A DNA stretch of 21,414 nt, taken from assembly GCA_043228905.1 (NCBI GenBank), contig JBHGNT010000532.1:1-21414 (forward strand), given 5' to 3'. Shown piece after piece: positions 1 through 12,939 of the stretch. The translations under genes and the position numbers were made by a program. The notes below the pieces were generated by a model. That model saw nothing but the letters and a program-made list of their open reading frames with translations, was not told the DNA's origin and searched no databases. This DNA comes from Azolla caroliniana (taxonomy: Eukaryota > Plantae > Polypodiophyta). Numbering within the stretch: position 1 is the first letter of the stretch; each line of letters opens with the position of its first letter.

Positions 1-712
1 AGCATTGTTAGCTTCGATTCGCATGTTTGAACACAAAAATCCGATATCACACGAGCCAGGTATGAACATTTTAATTTACTCAAGCGCTCTTCACAACACC
101 CTCCTCAAGTTTGCTAATTTCGTCATGTCTCTCGACCTGAGTTTCAAAATCTTGATTTTTTAATTCCATATCATAGCTAGCGTTGTTAGCTTCGATTCAC
201 ATGTTTGAACACAAAAATCCGATATCACACGAGCCAGGTATGAACATTTTAATTTACTCAAGCGCTCTTCACAACACCCTCCTCAAGTTTGCTAATTTTG
301 TCATGTCTCTCGACCTGAGTTTCAAAATCTTGATTTTTTAATTCCATATCATAGCTAGCGTTGTTAGCTTCGATTCGCATGTTTGAACACAAAAATCCGA
401 TATCACACGAGCCAGGTATGAACATTTTAATTTACTCAAGCGCTCTTCTCAACACCCTCCTCAAGTTTGCTAATTTCGTCATGTCTCTCGACCTGAGTTT
501 CAAAATCGTGATTTTTTTATTCGATATCATAGCTAGCGTTGTTAGCTTCGATTCGCATGTTTGAACACAAAAATCCGATATCATACGAGCCAGGTATGAA
601 CATTTTAATTTACTCAAGGGCTCCTCTCAACTACCTCCTCAAGTTTGCTAATTTTTTCATGTCTCTCGACCTGAGTTTCAAAATCTTGATTTTTTAATTC
701 CATATCATAGCT

Positions 713-1780
713 AGCATTGTTAGCTTCGATTCGCATGTTTGAACACAAAAATCCGATATCACACGAGCCAGGTATGAACATTTTAATTTACTCAAGCGCT
801 CTTCACAACACCCTCCTCAAGTTTGCTAATTTCGTCATGTCTCTCGACCTGAGTTTCAAAATCTTGATTTTTTAATTCGATATCATAGCTAGCGTTGTTA
901 GCTTCGATTCACATGTTTGAACACAAAAATCCGATATCACACGAGCCAGGTATGAACATTTTAATTTACTCAAGCGCTCTTCACAACACCCTCCTCAAGT
1001 TTGCTAATTTTGTCATGTCTCTCGACCTGAGTTTCAAAATCTTGATTTTTTAATTCGATATCATAGCTAGCGTTGTTAGCTTCGATTCGCATGTTTGAAC
1101 ACAAAAATCCGATATCACACGAGCCAGGTATGAACATTTTAATTTACTCAAGGACTCCTCTCAACTACCTCCTCAAGTTTGCTAATTTCGTCATGTCTCT
1201 CGACCTGAGTTTCAAAATCTTCATTTTTTAATTCCATATCATAGCTAGCATTGTTAGCTTCGATTCGCATGTTTGAACACAAAAATCCGATATCACACGA
1301 GCCAGGTATGAACATTTTAATTTACTCAAGCGCTCTTCACAACACCCTCCTCAAGTTTGCTAATTTCGTCATGTCTCTCGACCTGAGTTTCAAAATCTTG
1401 ATTTTTTAATTCGATATCATAGCTAGCGTTGTTAGCTTCGATTCACATGTTTGAACACAAAAATCCGATATCACACGAGCCAGGTATGAACATTTTAATT
1501 TACTCAAGCGCTCTTCTCAACACCCTCCTCAAGTTTGCTAATTTCGTCATGTCTCTCGACCTGAGTTTCAAAATCTTGATTTTTTAATTCGATATCATAG
1601 CTAGCGTTGTTAGCTTCGATTCGCATGTTTGAACACAAAAATCCGATATCACACGAGCCAGGTATGAACATTTTAATTTACTCAAGGACTCCTCTCAACT
1701 ACCTCCTCAAGTTTGCTAATTTCGTCATGTCTCTCGACCTGAGTTTCAAAATCTTCATTTTTTAATTCCATATCATAGCT
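713..1780. repeat. Imperfect 3-monomer HOR (534 bp) x2: A-B-E / A-(B/F)-E
   Basis: The E marker AAGGACTC plus CTTCAT tail occurs in the monomers starting at 1069 and 1603, and AGCATT heads occur at 713 and 1247. The middle monomers differ at two sites (CTTCAC vs CTTCTC, TTTGTC vs TTCGTC). Confidence 0.75.
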
Positions 1781-2658
1781 AGCGTTGTTAGCTTCGAATC
1801 GCATGTTTGAACACAAAAATCCGATATCACACGAGCCAGGTATGAACATTTTAAATTACTCACGCGCTCTTCTCAACACACTCCTCAAATTTGCTAATTT
1901 CGTCATGTCTCTCGACCTGAGTTTCAAAATCTTCATTTTTTAATTTCATATCATAGCTAGCATTGTTAGCTTCGATTCGCATGTTTGAACACAAAAATCC
2001 GATATCACACGAGCCAGGTATGAACATTTTAATTTACTCAAGCGCTCTTCACAACACCCTCCTCAAGTTTGCTAATTTCGTCATGTCTCTCGACCTGAGT
2101 TTCAAAATCTTGATTTTTTAATTCCATATCATAGCTAGCGTTGTTAGCTTCGATTCACATGTTTGAACACAAAAATCCGATATCACACGAGCCAGGTATG
2201 AACATTTTAATTTACTCAAGCGCTCTTCACAACACCCTCCTCAAGTTTGCTAATTTTGTCATGTCTCTCGACCTGAGTTTCAAAATCTTGATTTTTTAAT
2301 TCCATATCATAGCTAGCGTTGTTAGCTTCGATTCGCATGTTTGAACACAAAAATCCGATATCACACGAGCCAGGTATGAACATTTTAATTTACTCAAGCG
2401 CTCTTCTCAACACCCTCCTCAAGTTTGCTAATTTCGTCATGTCTCTCGACCTGAGTTTCAAAATCGTGATTTTTTTATTCGATATCATAGCTAGCGTTGT
2501 TAGCTTCGATTCGCATGTTTGAACACAAAAATCCGATATCATACGAGCCAGGTATGAACATTTTAATTTACTCAAGGGCTCCTCTCAACTACCTCCTCAA
2601 GTTTGCTAATTTTTTCATGTCTCTCGACCTGAGTTTCAAAATCTTGATTTTTTAATTC

Positions 2659-4648
2659 CATATCATAGCTAGCATTGTTAGCTTCGATTCGCATGTTTGA
2701 ACACAAAAATCCGATATCACACGAGCCAGGTATGAACATTTTAATTTACTCAAGCGCTCTTCACAACACCCTCCTCAAGTTTGCTAATTTCGTCATGTCT
2801 CTCGACCTGAGTTTCAAAATCTTGATTTTTTAATTCGATATCATAGCTAGCGTTGTTAGCTTCGATTCACATGTTTGAACACAAAAATCCGATATCACAC
2901 GAGCCAGGTATGAACATTTTAATTTACTCAAGCGCTCTTCACAACACCCTCCTCAAGTTTGCTAATTTTGTCATGTCTCTCGACCTGAGTTTCAAAATCT
3001 TGATTTTTTAATTCCATATCATAGCTAGCGTTGTTAGCTTCGATTCGCATGTTTGAACACAAAAATCCGATATCACACGAGCCAGGTATGAACATTTTAA
3101 TTTACTCAAGCGCTCTTCTCAACACCCTCCTCAAGTTTGCTAATTTCGTCATGTCTCTCGACCTGAGTTTCAAAATCGTGATTTTTTTATTCGATATCAT
3201 AGCTAGCGTTGTTAGCTTCGATTCGCATGTTTGAACACAAAAATCCGATATCATACGAGCCAGGTATGAACATTTTAATTTACTCAAGGGCTCCTCTCAA
3301 CTACCTCCTCAAGTTTGCTAATTTTTTCATGTCTCTCGACCTGAGTTTCAAAATCTTGATTTTTTAATTCCATATCATAGCTAGCGTTGTTAGCTTCGAA
3401 TCGCATGTTTGAACACAAAAATCCGATATCACACGAGCCAGGTATGAACATTTTAAATTACTCACGCGCTCTTCTCAACACACTCCTCAAATTTGCTAAT
3501 TTCGTCATGTCTCTCGACCTGAGTTTCAAAATCTTCATTTTTTAATTTCATATCATAGCTAGCATTGTTAGCTTCGATTCGCATGTTTGAACACAAAAAT
3601 CCGATATCACACGAGCCAGGTATGAACATTTTAATTTACTCAAGCGCTCTTCACAACACCCTCCTCAAGTTTGCTAATTTCGTCATGTCTCTCGACCTGA
3701 GTTTCAAAATCTTGATTTTTTAATTCGATATCATAGCTAGCGTTGTTAGCTTCGATTCACATGTTTGAACACAAAAATCCGATATCACACGAGCCAGGTA
3801 TGAACATTTTAATTTACTCAAGCGCTCTTCACAACACCCTCCTCAAGTTTGCTAATTTTGTCATGTCTCTCGACCTGAGTTTCAAAATCTTGATTTTTTA
3901 ATTCCATATCATAGCTAGCGTTGTTAGCTTCGATTCGCATGTTTGAACACAAAAATCCGATATCACACGAGCCAGGTATGAACATTTTAATTTACTCAAG
4001 CGCTCTTCTCAACACCCTCCTCAAGTTTGCTAATTTCGTCATGTCTCTCGACCTGAGTTTCAAAATCGTGATTTTTTTATTCGATATCATAGCTAGCGTT
4101 GTTAGCTTCGATTCGCATGTTTGAACACAAAAATCCGATATCATACGAGCCAGGTATGAACATTTTAATTTACTCAAGGGCTCCTCTCAACTACCTCCTC
4201 AAGTTTGCTAATTTTTTCATGTCTCTCGACCTGAGTTTCAAAATCTTGATTTTTTAATTCCATATCATAGCTAGCGTTGTTAGCTTCGAATCGCATGTTT
4301 GAACACAAAAATCCGATATCACACGAGCCAGGTATGAACATTTTAAATTACTCACGCGCTCTTCTCAACACACTCCTCAAATTTGCTAATTTCGTCATGT
4401 CTCTCGACCTGAGTTTCAAAATCTTCATTTTTTAATTTCATATCATAGCTAGCATTGTTAGCTTCGATTCGCATGTTTGAACACAAAAATCCGATATCAC
4501 ACGAGCCAGGTATGAACATTTTAATTTACTCAAGCGCTCTTCACAACACCCTCCTCAAGTTTGCTAATTTCGTCATGTCTCTCGACCTGAGTTTCAAAAT
4601 CTTGATTTTTTAATTCGATATCATAGCTAGCGTTGTTAGCTTCGATTC
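2659..4648. repeat. 5-monomer HOR (890 bp), ~2.2 copies: A-B-C-D-G
   Basis: C monomers start at 3027 and 3917 (ORFs 3031 and 3921), G monomers at 3383 and 4273, and A monomers at 2671, 3561 and 4451. I saw no differences at the 890-bp offset inside these bounds. Confidence 0.88.
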
Positions 4649-6132
4649 GCATGTTTGAACACAAAAATCCGATATCATACGAGCCAGGTATGAACATTTT
4701 AATTTACTCAAGGGCTCCTCTCAACTACCTCCTCAAGTTTGCTAATTTTTTCATGTCTCTCGACCTGAGTTTCAAAATCTTGATTTTTTAATTCCATATC
4801 ATAGCTAGCGTTATTAGCTTCGATTCGCATGTTTGAACACAAAAATCCGATATCACACGAGCCAGGTATGAACATTTTAATTTACTCAAGCGCTCTTCTC
4901 AACACCCTCCTCAAGTTTGCTAATTTCGTCATGTCTCTCGACCTGAGTTTCAAAATCTTGATTTTTTAATTCGATATCATAGCTAGCGTTGTTAGCTTCG
5001 ATTCGCATGTTTGAACACAAAAATCCGATATCACACGAGCCAGGTATGAACATTTTAATTTACTCAAGGACTCCTCTCAACTACCTCCTCAAGTTTGCTA
5101 ATTTCGTCATGTCTCTCGACCTGAGTTTCAAAATCTTCATTTTTTAATTCCATATCATAGCTAGCGTTGTTAGCTTCGAATCGCATGTTTGAACACAAAA
5201 ATCCGATATCACACGAGCCAGGTATGAACATTTTAAATTACTCACGCGCTCTTCTCAACACACTCCTCAAATTTGCTAATTTCGTCATGTCTCTCGACCT
5301 GAGTTTCAAAATCTTCATTTTTTAATTTCATATCATAGCTAGCATTGTTAGCTTCGATTCGCATGTTTGAACACAAAAATCCGATATCACACGAGCCAGG
5401 TATGAACATTTTAATTTACTCAAGCGCTCTTCACAACACCCTCCTCAAGTTTGCTAATTTCGTCATGTCTCTCGACCTGAGTTTCAAAATCTTGATTTTT
5501 TAATTCCATATCATAGCTAGCGTTGTTAGCTTCGATTCACATGTTTGAACACAAAAATCCGATATCACACGAGCCAGGTATGAACATTTTAATTTACTCA
5601 AGCGCTCTTCACAACACCCTCCTCAAGTTTGCTAATTTTGTCATGTCTCTCGACCTGAGTTTCAAAATCTTGATTTTTTAATTCCATATCATAGCTAGCG
5701 TTGTTAGCTTCGATTCGCATGTTTGAACACAAAAATCCGATATCACACGAGCCAGGTATGAACATTTTAATTTACTCAAGCGCTCTTCTCAACACCCTCC
5801 TCAAGTTTGCTAATTTCGTCATGTCTCTCGACCTGAGTTTCAAAATCGTGATTTTTTTATTCGATATCATAGCTAGCGTTGTTAGCTTCGATTCGCATGT
5901 TTGAACACAAAAATCCGATATCATACGAGCCAGGTATGAACATTTTAATTTACTCAAGGGCTCCTCTCAACTACCTCCTCAAGTTTGCTAATTTCTTCAT
6001 GTCTCTCGACCTGAGTTTCAAAATCTTGATTTTTTAATTCCATATCATAGCTAGCATTGTTAGCTTCGATTCGCATGTTTGAACACAAAAATCCGATATC
6101 ACACGAGCCAGGTATGAACATTTTAATTTACG

Positions 6133-9100
6133 CAAGCGCTCTTCACAACACCCTCCTCAAGTTTGCTAATTTCGTCATGTCTCTCGACCTGAGTTTCAAA
6201 ATCTTGATTTTTTAATTCCATATCATAGCTAGCGTTGTTAGCTTCGATTCACATGTTTGAACACAAAATCCGATATCACACGAGCCAGGTATGAACATTT
6301 TAATTTACTCAAGCGCTCTTCACAACACCCTCCTCAAGTTTGCTAATTTTGTCATGTCTCTCGACCTGAGTTTCAAAATCTTGATTTTTTAATTCCATAT
6401 CATAGCTAGCGTTGTTAGCTTCGATTCGCATGTTTGAACACAAAAATCCGATATCACACGAGCCAGGTATGAACATTTTAATTTACTCAAGCGCTCTTCT
6501 CAACACCCTCCTCAAGTTTGCTAATTTCGTCATGTCTCTCGACCTGAGTTTCAAAATCGTGATTTTTTTATTCGATATCATAGCTAGCGTTGTTAGCTTC
6601 GATTCGCATGTTTGAACACAAAAATCCGATATCACACGAGCCAGGTATGAACATTTTAATTTACTCAAGGGCTCCTCTCAACTACCTCCTCAAGTTTGCT
6701 AATTTTGTCATGTCTCTCGACCTGAGTTTCAACATCTACATTTTTTAATTCCATATCATAGCTAGCTTTGTTAGCTTCGATTCGCATGTTTGAACACAAA
6801 AATCCGATATCACACGAGCCAGGTATGAACATTTTAATTTACTCAGTCGCTCTTCTCAACTCCCTCCTCAAATATTCTAATTTAATCATGCCTCTCGACC
6901 TGAGTTTCAAAATCTAGATTTTTGAATTCTATATCATAGCTAGCGTTGTTAGCTTCGATTCGCATGTTTGAACACAGAAATCCGATATCACACGAGCCAG
7001 GTATGAACATTTTAAATTACTCACGCGCTCTTCTCAACACCCTCCTCAAGTTTGCTAATTTCGTCATGTCTCTCGACCTGAGTTTCAAAATCTTGATTTT
7101 TTAATTCCATATCATAGCTAGCGTTGTTAGCTTCGATACGCATGTTTGAACACAAAAATCCGATATCACACGAGCCAGGTATGAACATTTTAATTTACTC
7201 AAGGGCTCCTCTCAACTACCTCCTCAAGTTTGCTAATTTTGTCATGTCTCTCGACCTGAGTTTCAAAATCTTGATTTTTTAATTCCATATCATAGCTAGC
7301 GTTGTTAGCTTCGATTCGCATGTTTGAACACAAAAATCCGATATCACACGAGCCAGGTATGAACATTTTAATTTACTCAAGGGCTCCTCTCAACTACCTC
7401 CTCAAGTTTGCTAATTTCGTCATGTCTCTCGACCTGAGTTTCAAAATCTTGATTTCTTTATTTCATATCATGGCTAGCGTTGTTAGCTTCGATTCGCATG
7501 TTTGAACACAAAAATCCGATATCACACGAGCCAGGTATGAACATTTTAATTTACTCAAGGGCTCCTCTCAACTACCTCCTCAAGTTTGCTAATTTTGTCA
7601 TGTCTCTCGACCTGAGTTTCAAAATCTTGATTTTTTAATTCCATATCATAGCTAGCGTTGTTAGCTTCGATTCGCATGTTTGAACACAAAAATCCGATAT
7701 CACACGAGCCAGGTATGAACATTTTAATTTACTCAAGCGCTCTTCTCAACACCCTCCTCAAGTTTGCTAATTTCGTCATGTCTCTCGACCTGAGTTTCAA
7801 AATCTTGATTTTTTAATTCGATATCATAGCTAGCGTTGTTAGCTTCGATTCGCATGTTTGAACACAAAAATCCGATATCACACGAGCCAGGTATGAACAT
7901 TTTAATTTACTCAAGGGCTCCTCTCAACTACCTCCTCAAGTTTGCTAATTTCGTCATGTCTCTCGACCTGAGTTTCAAAATCTTGATTTTTTAATTCCAT
8001 ATCATAGCTAGCGTTGTTAGCTTCGAATCGCATGTTTGAACACAAAAATCCGATATCACACGAGCCAGGTATGAACATTTTAAATTACTCACGCGCTCTT
8101 CTCAACACACTCCTCAAATTTGCTAATTTCGTCATGTCTCTCGACCTGAGTTTCAAAATCTTCATTTTTTAATTTCATATCATAGCTAGCATTGTTAGCT
8201 TCGATTCGCATGTTTGAACACAAAAATCCGATATCACACGAGCCAGGTATGAACATTTTAATTTACTCAAGCGCTCTTCACAACACCCTCCTCAAGTTTG
8301 CTAATTTCGTCATGTCTCTCGACCTGAGTTTCAAAATCTTGATTTTTTAATTCCATATCATAGCTAGCGTTGTTAGCTTCGATTCACATGTTTGAACACA
8401 AAAATCCGATATCACACGAGCCAGGTATGAACATTTTAATTTACTCAAGCGCTCTTCACAACACCCTCCTCAAGTTTGCTAATTTTGTCATGTCTCTCGA
8501 CCTGAGTTTCAAAATCTTGATTTTTTAATTCCATATCATAGCTAGCGTTGTTAGCTTCGATTCGCATGTTTGAACACAAAAATCCGATATCACACGAGCC
8601 AGGTATGAACATTTTAATTTACTCAAGCGCTCTTCTCAACACCCTCCTCAAGTTTGCTAATTTCGTCATGTCTCTCGACCTGAGTTTCAAAATCGTGATT
8701 TTTTTATTCGATATCATAGCTAGCGTTGTTAGCTTCGATTCGCATGTTTGAACACAAAAATCCGATATCATACGAGCCAGGTATGAACATTTTAATTTAC
8801 TCAAGGGCTCCTCTCAACTACCTCCTCAAGTTTGCTAATTTTTTCATGTCTCTCGACCTGAGTTTCAAAATCTTGATTTTTTAATTCCATATCATAGCTA
8901 GCATTGTTAGCTTCGATTCGCATGTTTGAACACAAAAATCCGATATCACACGAGCCAGGTATGAACATTTTAATTTACTCAAGCGCTCTTCACAACACCC
9001 TCCTCAAGTTTGCTAATTTTGTCATGTCTCTCGGCCTGAGTTTCAAAATCTTGATTTTTTAATTCCATATCATAGCTAGCGTTGTTAGCTTCGATTCGCA

Positions 9101-12100
9101 TGTTTGAACACAAAAATCCGATATCACACGAGCCAGGTATGAACATTTTAATTTACTCAAGCGCTCTTCTCAACACCCTCCTGAAGTTTGCTAATTTCGT
9201 CATGTCTCTCGACCTGAGTTTCAAAATCGTGATTTTTTTATTCGATATCATAGCTAGCGTTGTTAGCTTCGATTCGCATGTTTGAACACAAAAATCCGAT
9301 ATCATACGAGCCAGGTATGAACATTTTAATTTACTCAAGGGCTCCTCTCAACTGCCCCTCCTCAAGTTTGCTAATTTTTTCATGTCTCTCGACCTGAGTT
9401 TCAAAATCTTGATTTTTTAATTCCATATCATAGCTAGCGTTGTTAGCTTCGATTCGCATGTTTGAACACAAAAATCCGATATCACACGAGCGAGGTATGA
9501 ACATTTTAATTTACTCAAGGGCTCCTCTCAACTACCTCCTCAAGTTTGCTAATTTTTTCATGTCTCTCGACCTGAGTTTCAAAATCTTGATTTTTTAATT
9601 CCATATCATAGCTAGCATTGTTAGCTTCGATTCGCATGTTTGAACACAAAAATCCGATATCACACGAGCCAGGTATGAACATTTTAATTTACTCAAGCGC
9701 TCTTCACAACACCCTCCTCAAGTTTGCTAATTTCGTCATGTCTCTCGACCTGAGTTTCAAAATCTTGATTTTTTAATTCCATATCATAGCTAGCGTTGTT
9801 AGCTTCGATTCACATGTTTGAACACAAAATCCGATATCACACGAGCCAGGTATGAACATTTTAATTTACTCAAGCGCTCTTCACAACACCCTCCTCAAGT
9901 TTGCTAATTTTGTCATGTCTCTCGACCTGAGTTTCAAAATCTTGATTTTTTAATTCCATATCATAGCTAGCGTTGTTAGCTTCGATTCGCATGTTTGAAC
10001 ACAAAAATCCGATATCACACGAGCCAGGTATGAACATTTTAATTTACTCAAGCGCTCTTCTCAACACCCTCCTCAAGTTTGCTAATTTCGTCATGTCTCT
10101 CGACCTGAGTTTCAAAATCGTGATTTTTTTATTCGATATCATAGCTAGCGTTGTTAGCTTCGATTCGCATGTTTGAACACAAAAATCCGATATCACACGA
10201 GCCAGGTATGAACATTTTAATTTACTCAAGGGCTCCTCTCAACTACCTCCTCAAGTTTGCTAATTTTGTCATGTCTCTCGACCTGAGTTTCAACATCTAC
10301 ATTTTTTAATTCCATATCATAGCTAGCTTTGTTAGCTTCGATTCGCATGTTTGAACACAAAAATCCGATATCACACGAGCCAGGTATGAACATTTTAATT
10401 TACTCAGTCGCTCTTCTCAACTCCCTCCTCAAATATTCTAATTTAATCATGCCTCTCGACCTGAGTTTCAAAATCTAGATTTTTGAATTCTATATCATAG
10501 CTAGCGTTGTTAGCTTCGATTCGCATGTTTGAACACAGAAATCCGATATCACACGAGCCAGGTATGAACATTTTAAATTACTCACGCGCTCTTCTCAACA
10601 CCCTCCTCAAGTTTGCTAATTTCGTCATGTCTCTCGACCTGAGTTTCAAAATCTTGATTTTTTAATTCCATATCATAGCTAGCGTTGTTAGCTTCGATAC
10701 GCATGTTTGAACACAAAAATCCGATATCACACGAGCCAGGTATGAACATTTTAATTTACTCAAGGGCTCCTCTCAACTACCTCCTCAAGTTTGCTAATTT
10801 TGTCATGTCTCTCGACCTGAGTTTCAAAATCTTGATTTTTTAATTCCATATCATAGCTAGCGTTGTTAGCTTCGATTCGCATGTTTGAACACAAAAATCC
10901 GATATCACACGAGCCAGGTATGAACATTTTAATTTACTCAAGGGCTCCTCTCAACTACCTCCTCAAGTTTGCTAATTTCGTCATGTCTCTCGACCTGAGT
11001 TTCAAAATCTTGATTTCTTTATTTCATATCATGGCTAGCGTTGTTAGCTTCGATTCGCATGTTTGAACACAAAAATCCGATATCACACGAGCCAGGTATG
11101 AACATTTTAATTTACTCAAGGGCTCCTCTCAACTACCTCCTCAAGTTTGCTAATTTTGTCATGTCTCTCGACCTGAGTTTCAAAATCTTGATTTTTTAAT
11201 TCCATATCATAGCTAGCGTTGTTAGCTTCGATTCGCATGTTTGAACACAAAAATCCGATATCACACGAGCCAGGTATGAACATTTTAATTTACTCAAGCG
11301 CTCTTCTCAACACCCTCCTCAAGTTTGCTAATTTCGTCATGTCTCTCGACCTGAGTTTCAAAATCTTGATTTTTTAATTCGATATCATAGCTAGCGTTGT
11401 TAGCTTCGATTCGCATGTTTGAACACAAAAATCCGATATCACACGAGCCAGGTATGAACATTTTAATTTACTCAAGGGCTCCTCTCAACTACCTCCTCAA
11501 GTTTGCTAATTTCGTCATGTCTCTCGACCTGAGTTTCAAAATCTTGATTTTTTAATTCCATATCATAGCTAGCGTTGTTAGCTTCGAATCGCATGTTTGA
11601 ACACAAAAATCCGATATCACACGAGCCAGGTATGAACATTTTAAATTACTCACGCGCTCTTCTCAACACACTCCTCAAATTTGCTAATTTCGTCATGTCT
11701 CTCGACCTGAGTTTCAAAATCTTCATTTTTTAATTTCATATCATAGCTAGCATTGTTAGCTTCGATTCGCATGTTTGAACACAAAAATCCGATATCACAC
11801 GAGCCAGGTATGAACATTTTAATTTACTCAAGCGCTCTTCACAACACCCTCCTCAAGTTTGCTAATTTCGTCATGTCTCTCGACCTGAGTTTCAAAATCT
11901 TGATTTTTTAATTCCATATCATAGCTAGCGTTGTTAGCTTCGATTCACATGTTTGAACACAAAAATCCGATATCACACGAGCCAGGTATGAACATTTTAA
12001 TTTACTCAAGCGCTCTTCACAACACCCTCCTCAAGTTTGCTAATTTTGTCATGTCTCTCGACCTGAGTTTCAAAATCTTGATTTTTTAATTCCATATCAT

Positions 12101-12939
12101 AGCTAGCGTTGTTAGCTTCGATTCGCATGTTTGAACACAAAAATCCGATATCACACGAGCCAGGTATGAACATTTTAATTTACTCAAGCGCTCTTCTCAA
12201 CACCCTCCTCAAGTTTGCTAATTTCGTCATGTCTCTCGACCTGAGTTTCAAAATCGTGATTTTTTTATTCGATATCATAGCTAGCGTTGTTAGCTTCGAT
12301 TCGCATGTTTGAACACAAAAATCCGATATCATACGAGCCAGGTATGAACATTTTAATTTACTCAAGGGCTCCTCTCAACTACCTCCTCAAGTTTGCTAAT
12401 TTTTTCATGTCTCTCGACCTGAGTTTCAAAATCTTGATTTTTTAATTCCATATCATAGCTAGCATTGTTAGCTTCGATTCGCATGTTTGAACACAAAAAT
12501 CCGATATCACACGAGCCAGGTATGAACATTTTAATTTACTCAAGCGCTCTTCACAACACCCTCCTCAAGTTTGCTAATTTTGTCATGTCTCTCGGCCTGA
12601 GTTTCAAAATCTTGATTTTTTAATTCCATATCATAGCTAGCGTTGTTAGCTTCGATTCGCATGTTTGAACACAAAAATCCGATATCACACGAGCCAGGTA
12701 TGAACATTTTAATTTACTCAAGCGCTCTTCTCAACACCCTCCTGAAGTTTGCTAATTTCGTCATGTCTCTCGACCTGAGTTTCAAAATCGTGATTTTTTT
12801 ATTCGATATCATAGCTAGCGTTGTTAGCTTCGATTCGCATGTTTGAACACAAAAATCCGATATCATACGAGCCAGGTATGAACATTTTAATTTACTCAAG
12901 GGCTCCTCTCAACTGCCCCTCCTCAAGTTTGCTAATTTT
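6133..12939. repeat. 20-monomer HOR / tandem duplication (3561 bp), ~1.9 copies
   Basis: Rare markers recur at +3561: a 1-bp A-tract deletion (6265/9826), the H tail AACATCTAC, the AGCTTTG head (6764/10325), the L tail, TCGGCC, CTGAAG, and the +2-bp ACTGCCCCTC (9351/12912). ORF pairs 6412/9973, 7302/10863, 8548/12109 and 9082/12643 all differ by 3561 = 20x178-1+2. Confidence 0.95.

Noticed and set aside
1-178. Arabidopsis CEN178 or primate alpha-satellite identity; CENP-B box
   Set aside because: Only the length is similar, and I recall no sequence resemblance. TTCG occurs, but the TTCG-N4-A-N2-CGGG pattern does not. A database search is still needed.
1-178. Tandem 5S rRNA, tRNA, snRNA or spliced-leader gene array
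   Set aside because: I see no recognisable 5S or tRNA sequence, cloverleaf or Pol III A/B boxes on either strand. The T-run alone is insufficient. An Rfam/Infernal scan would be decisive.
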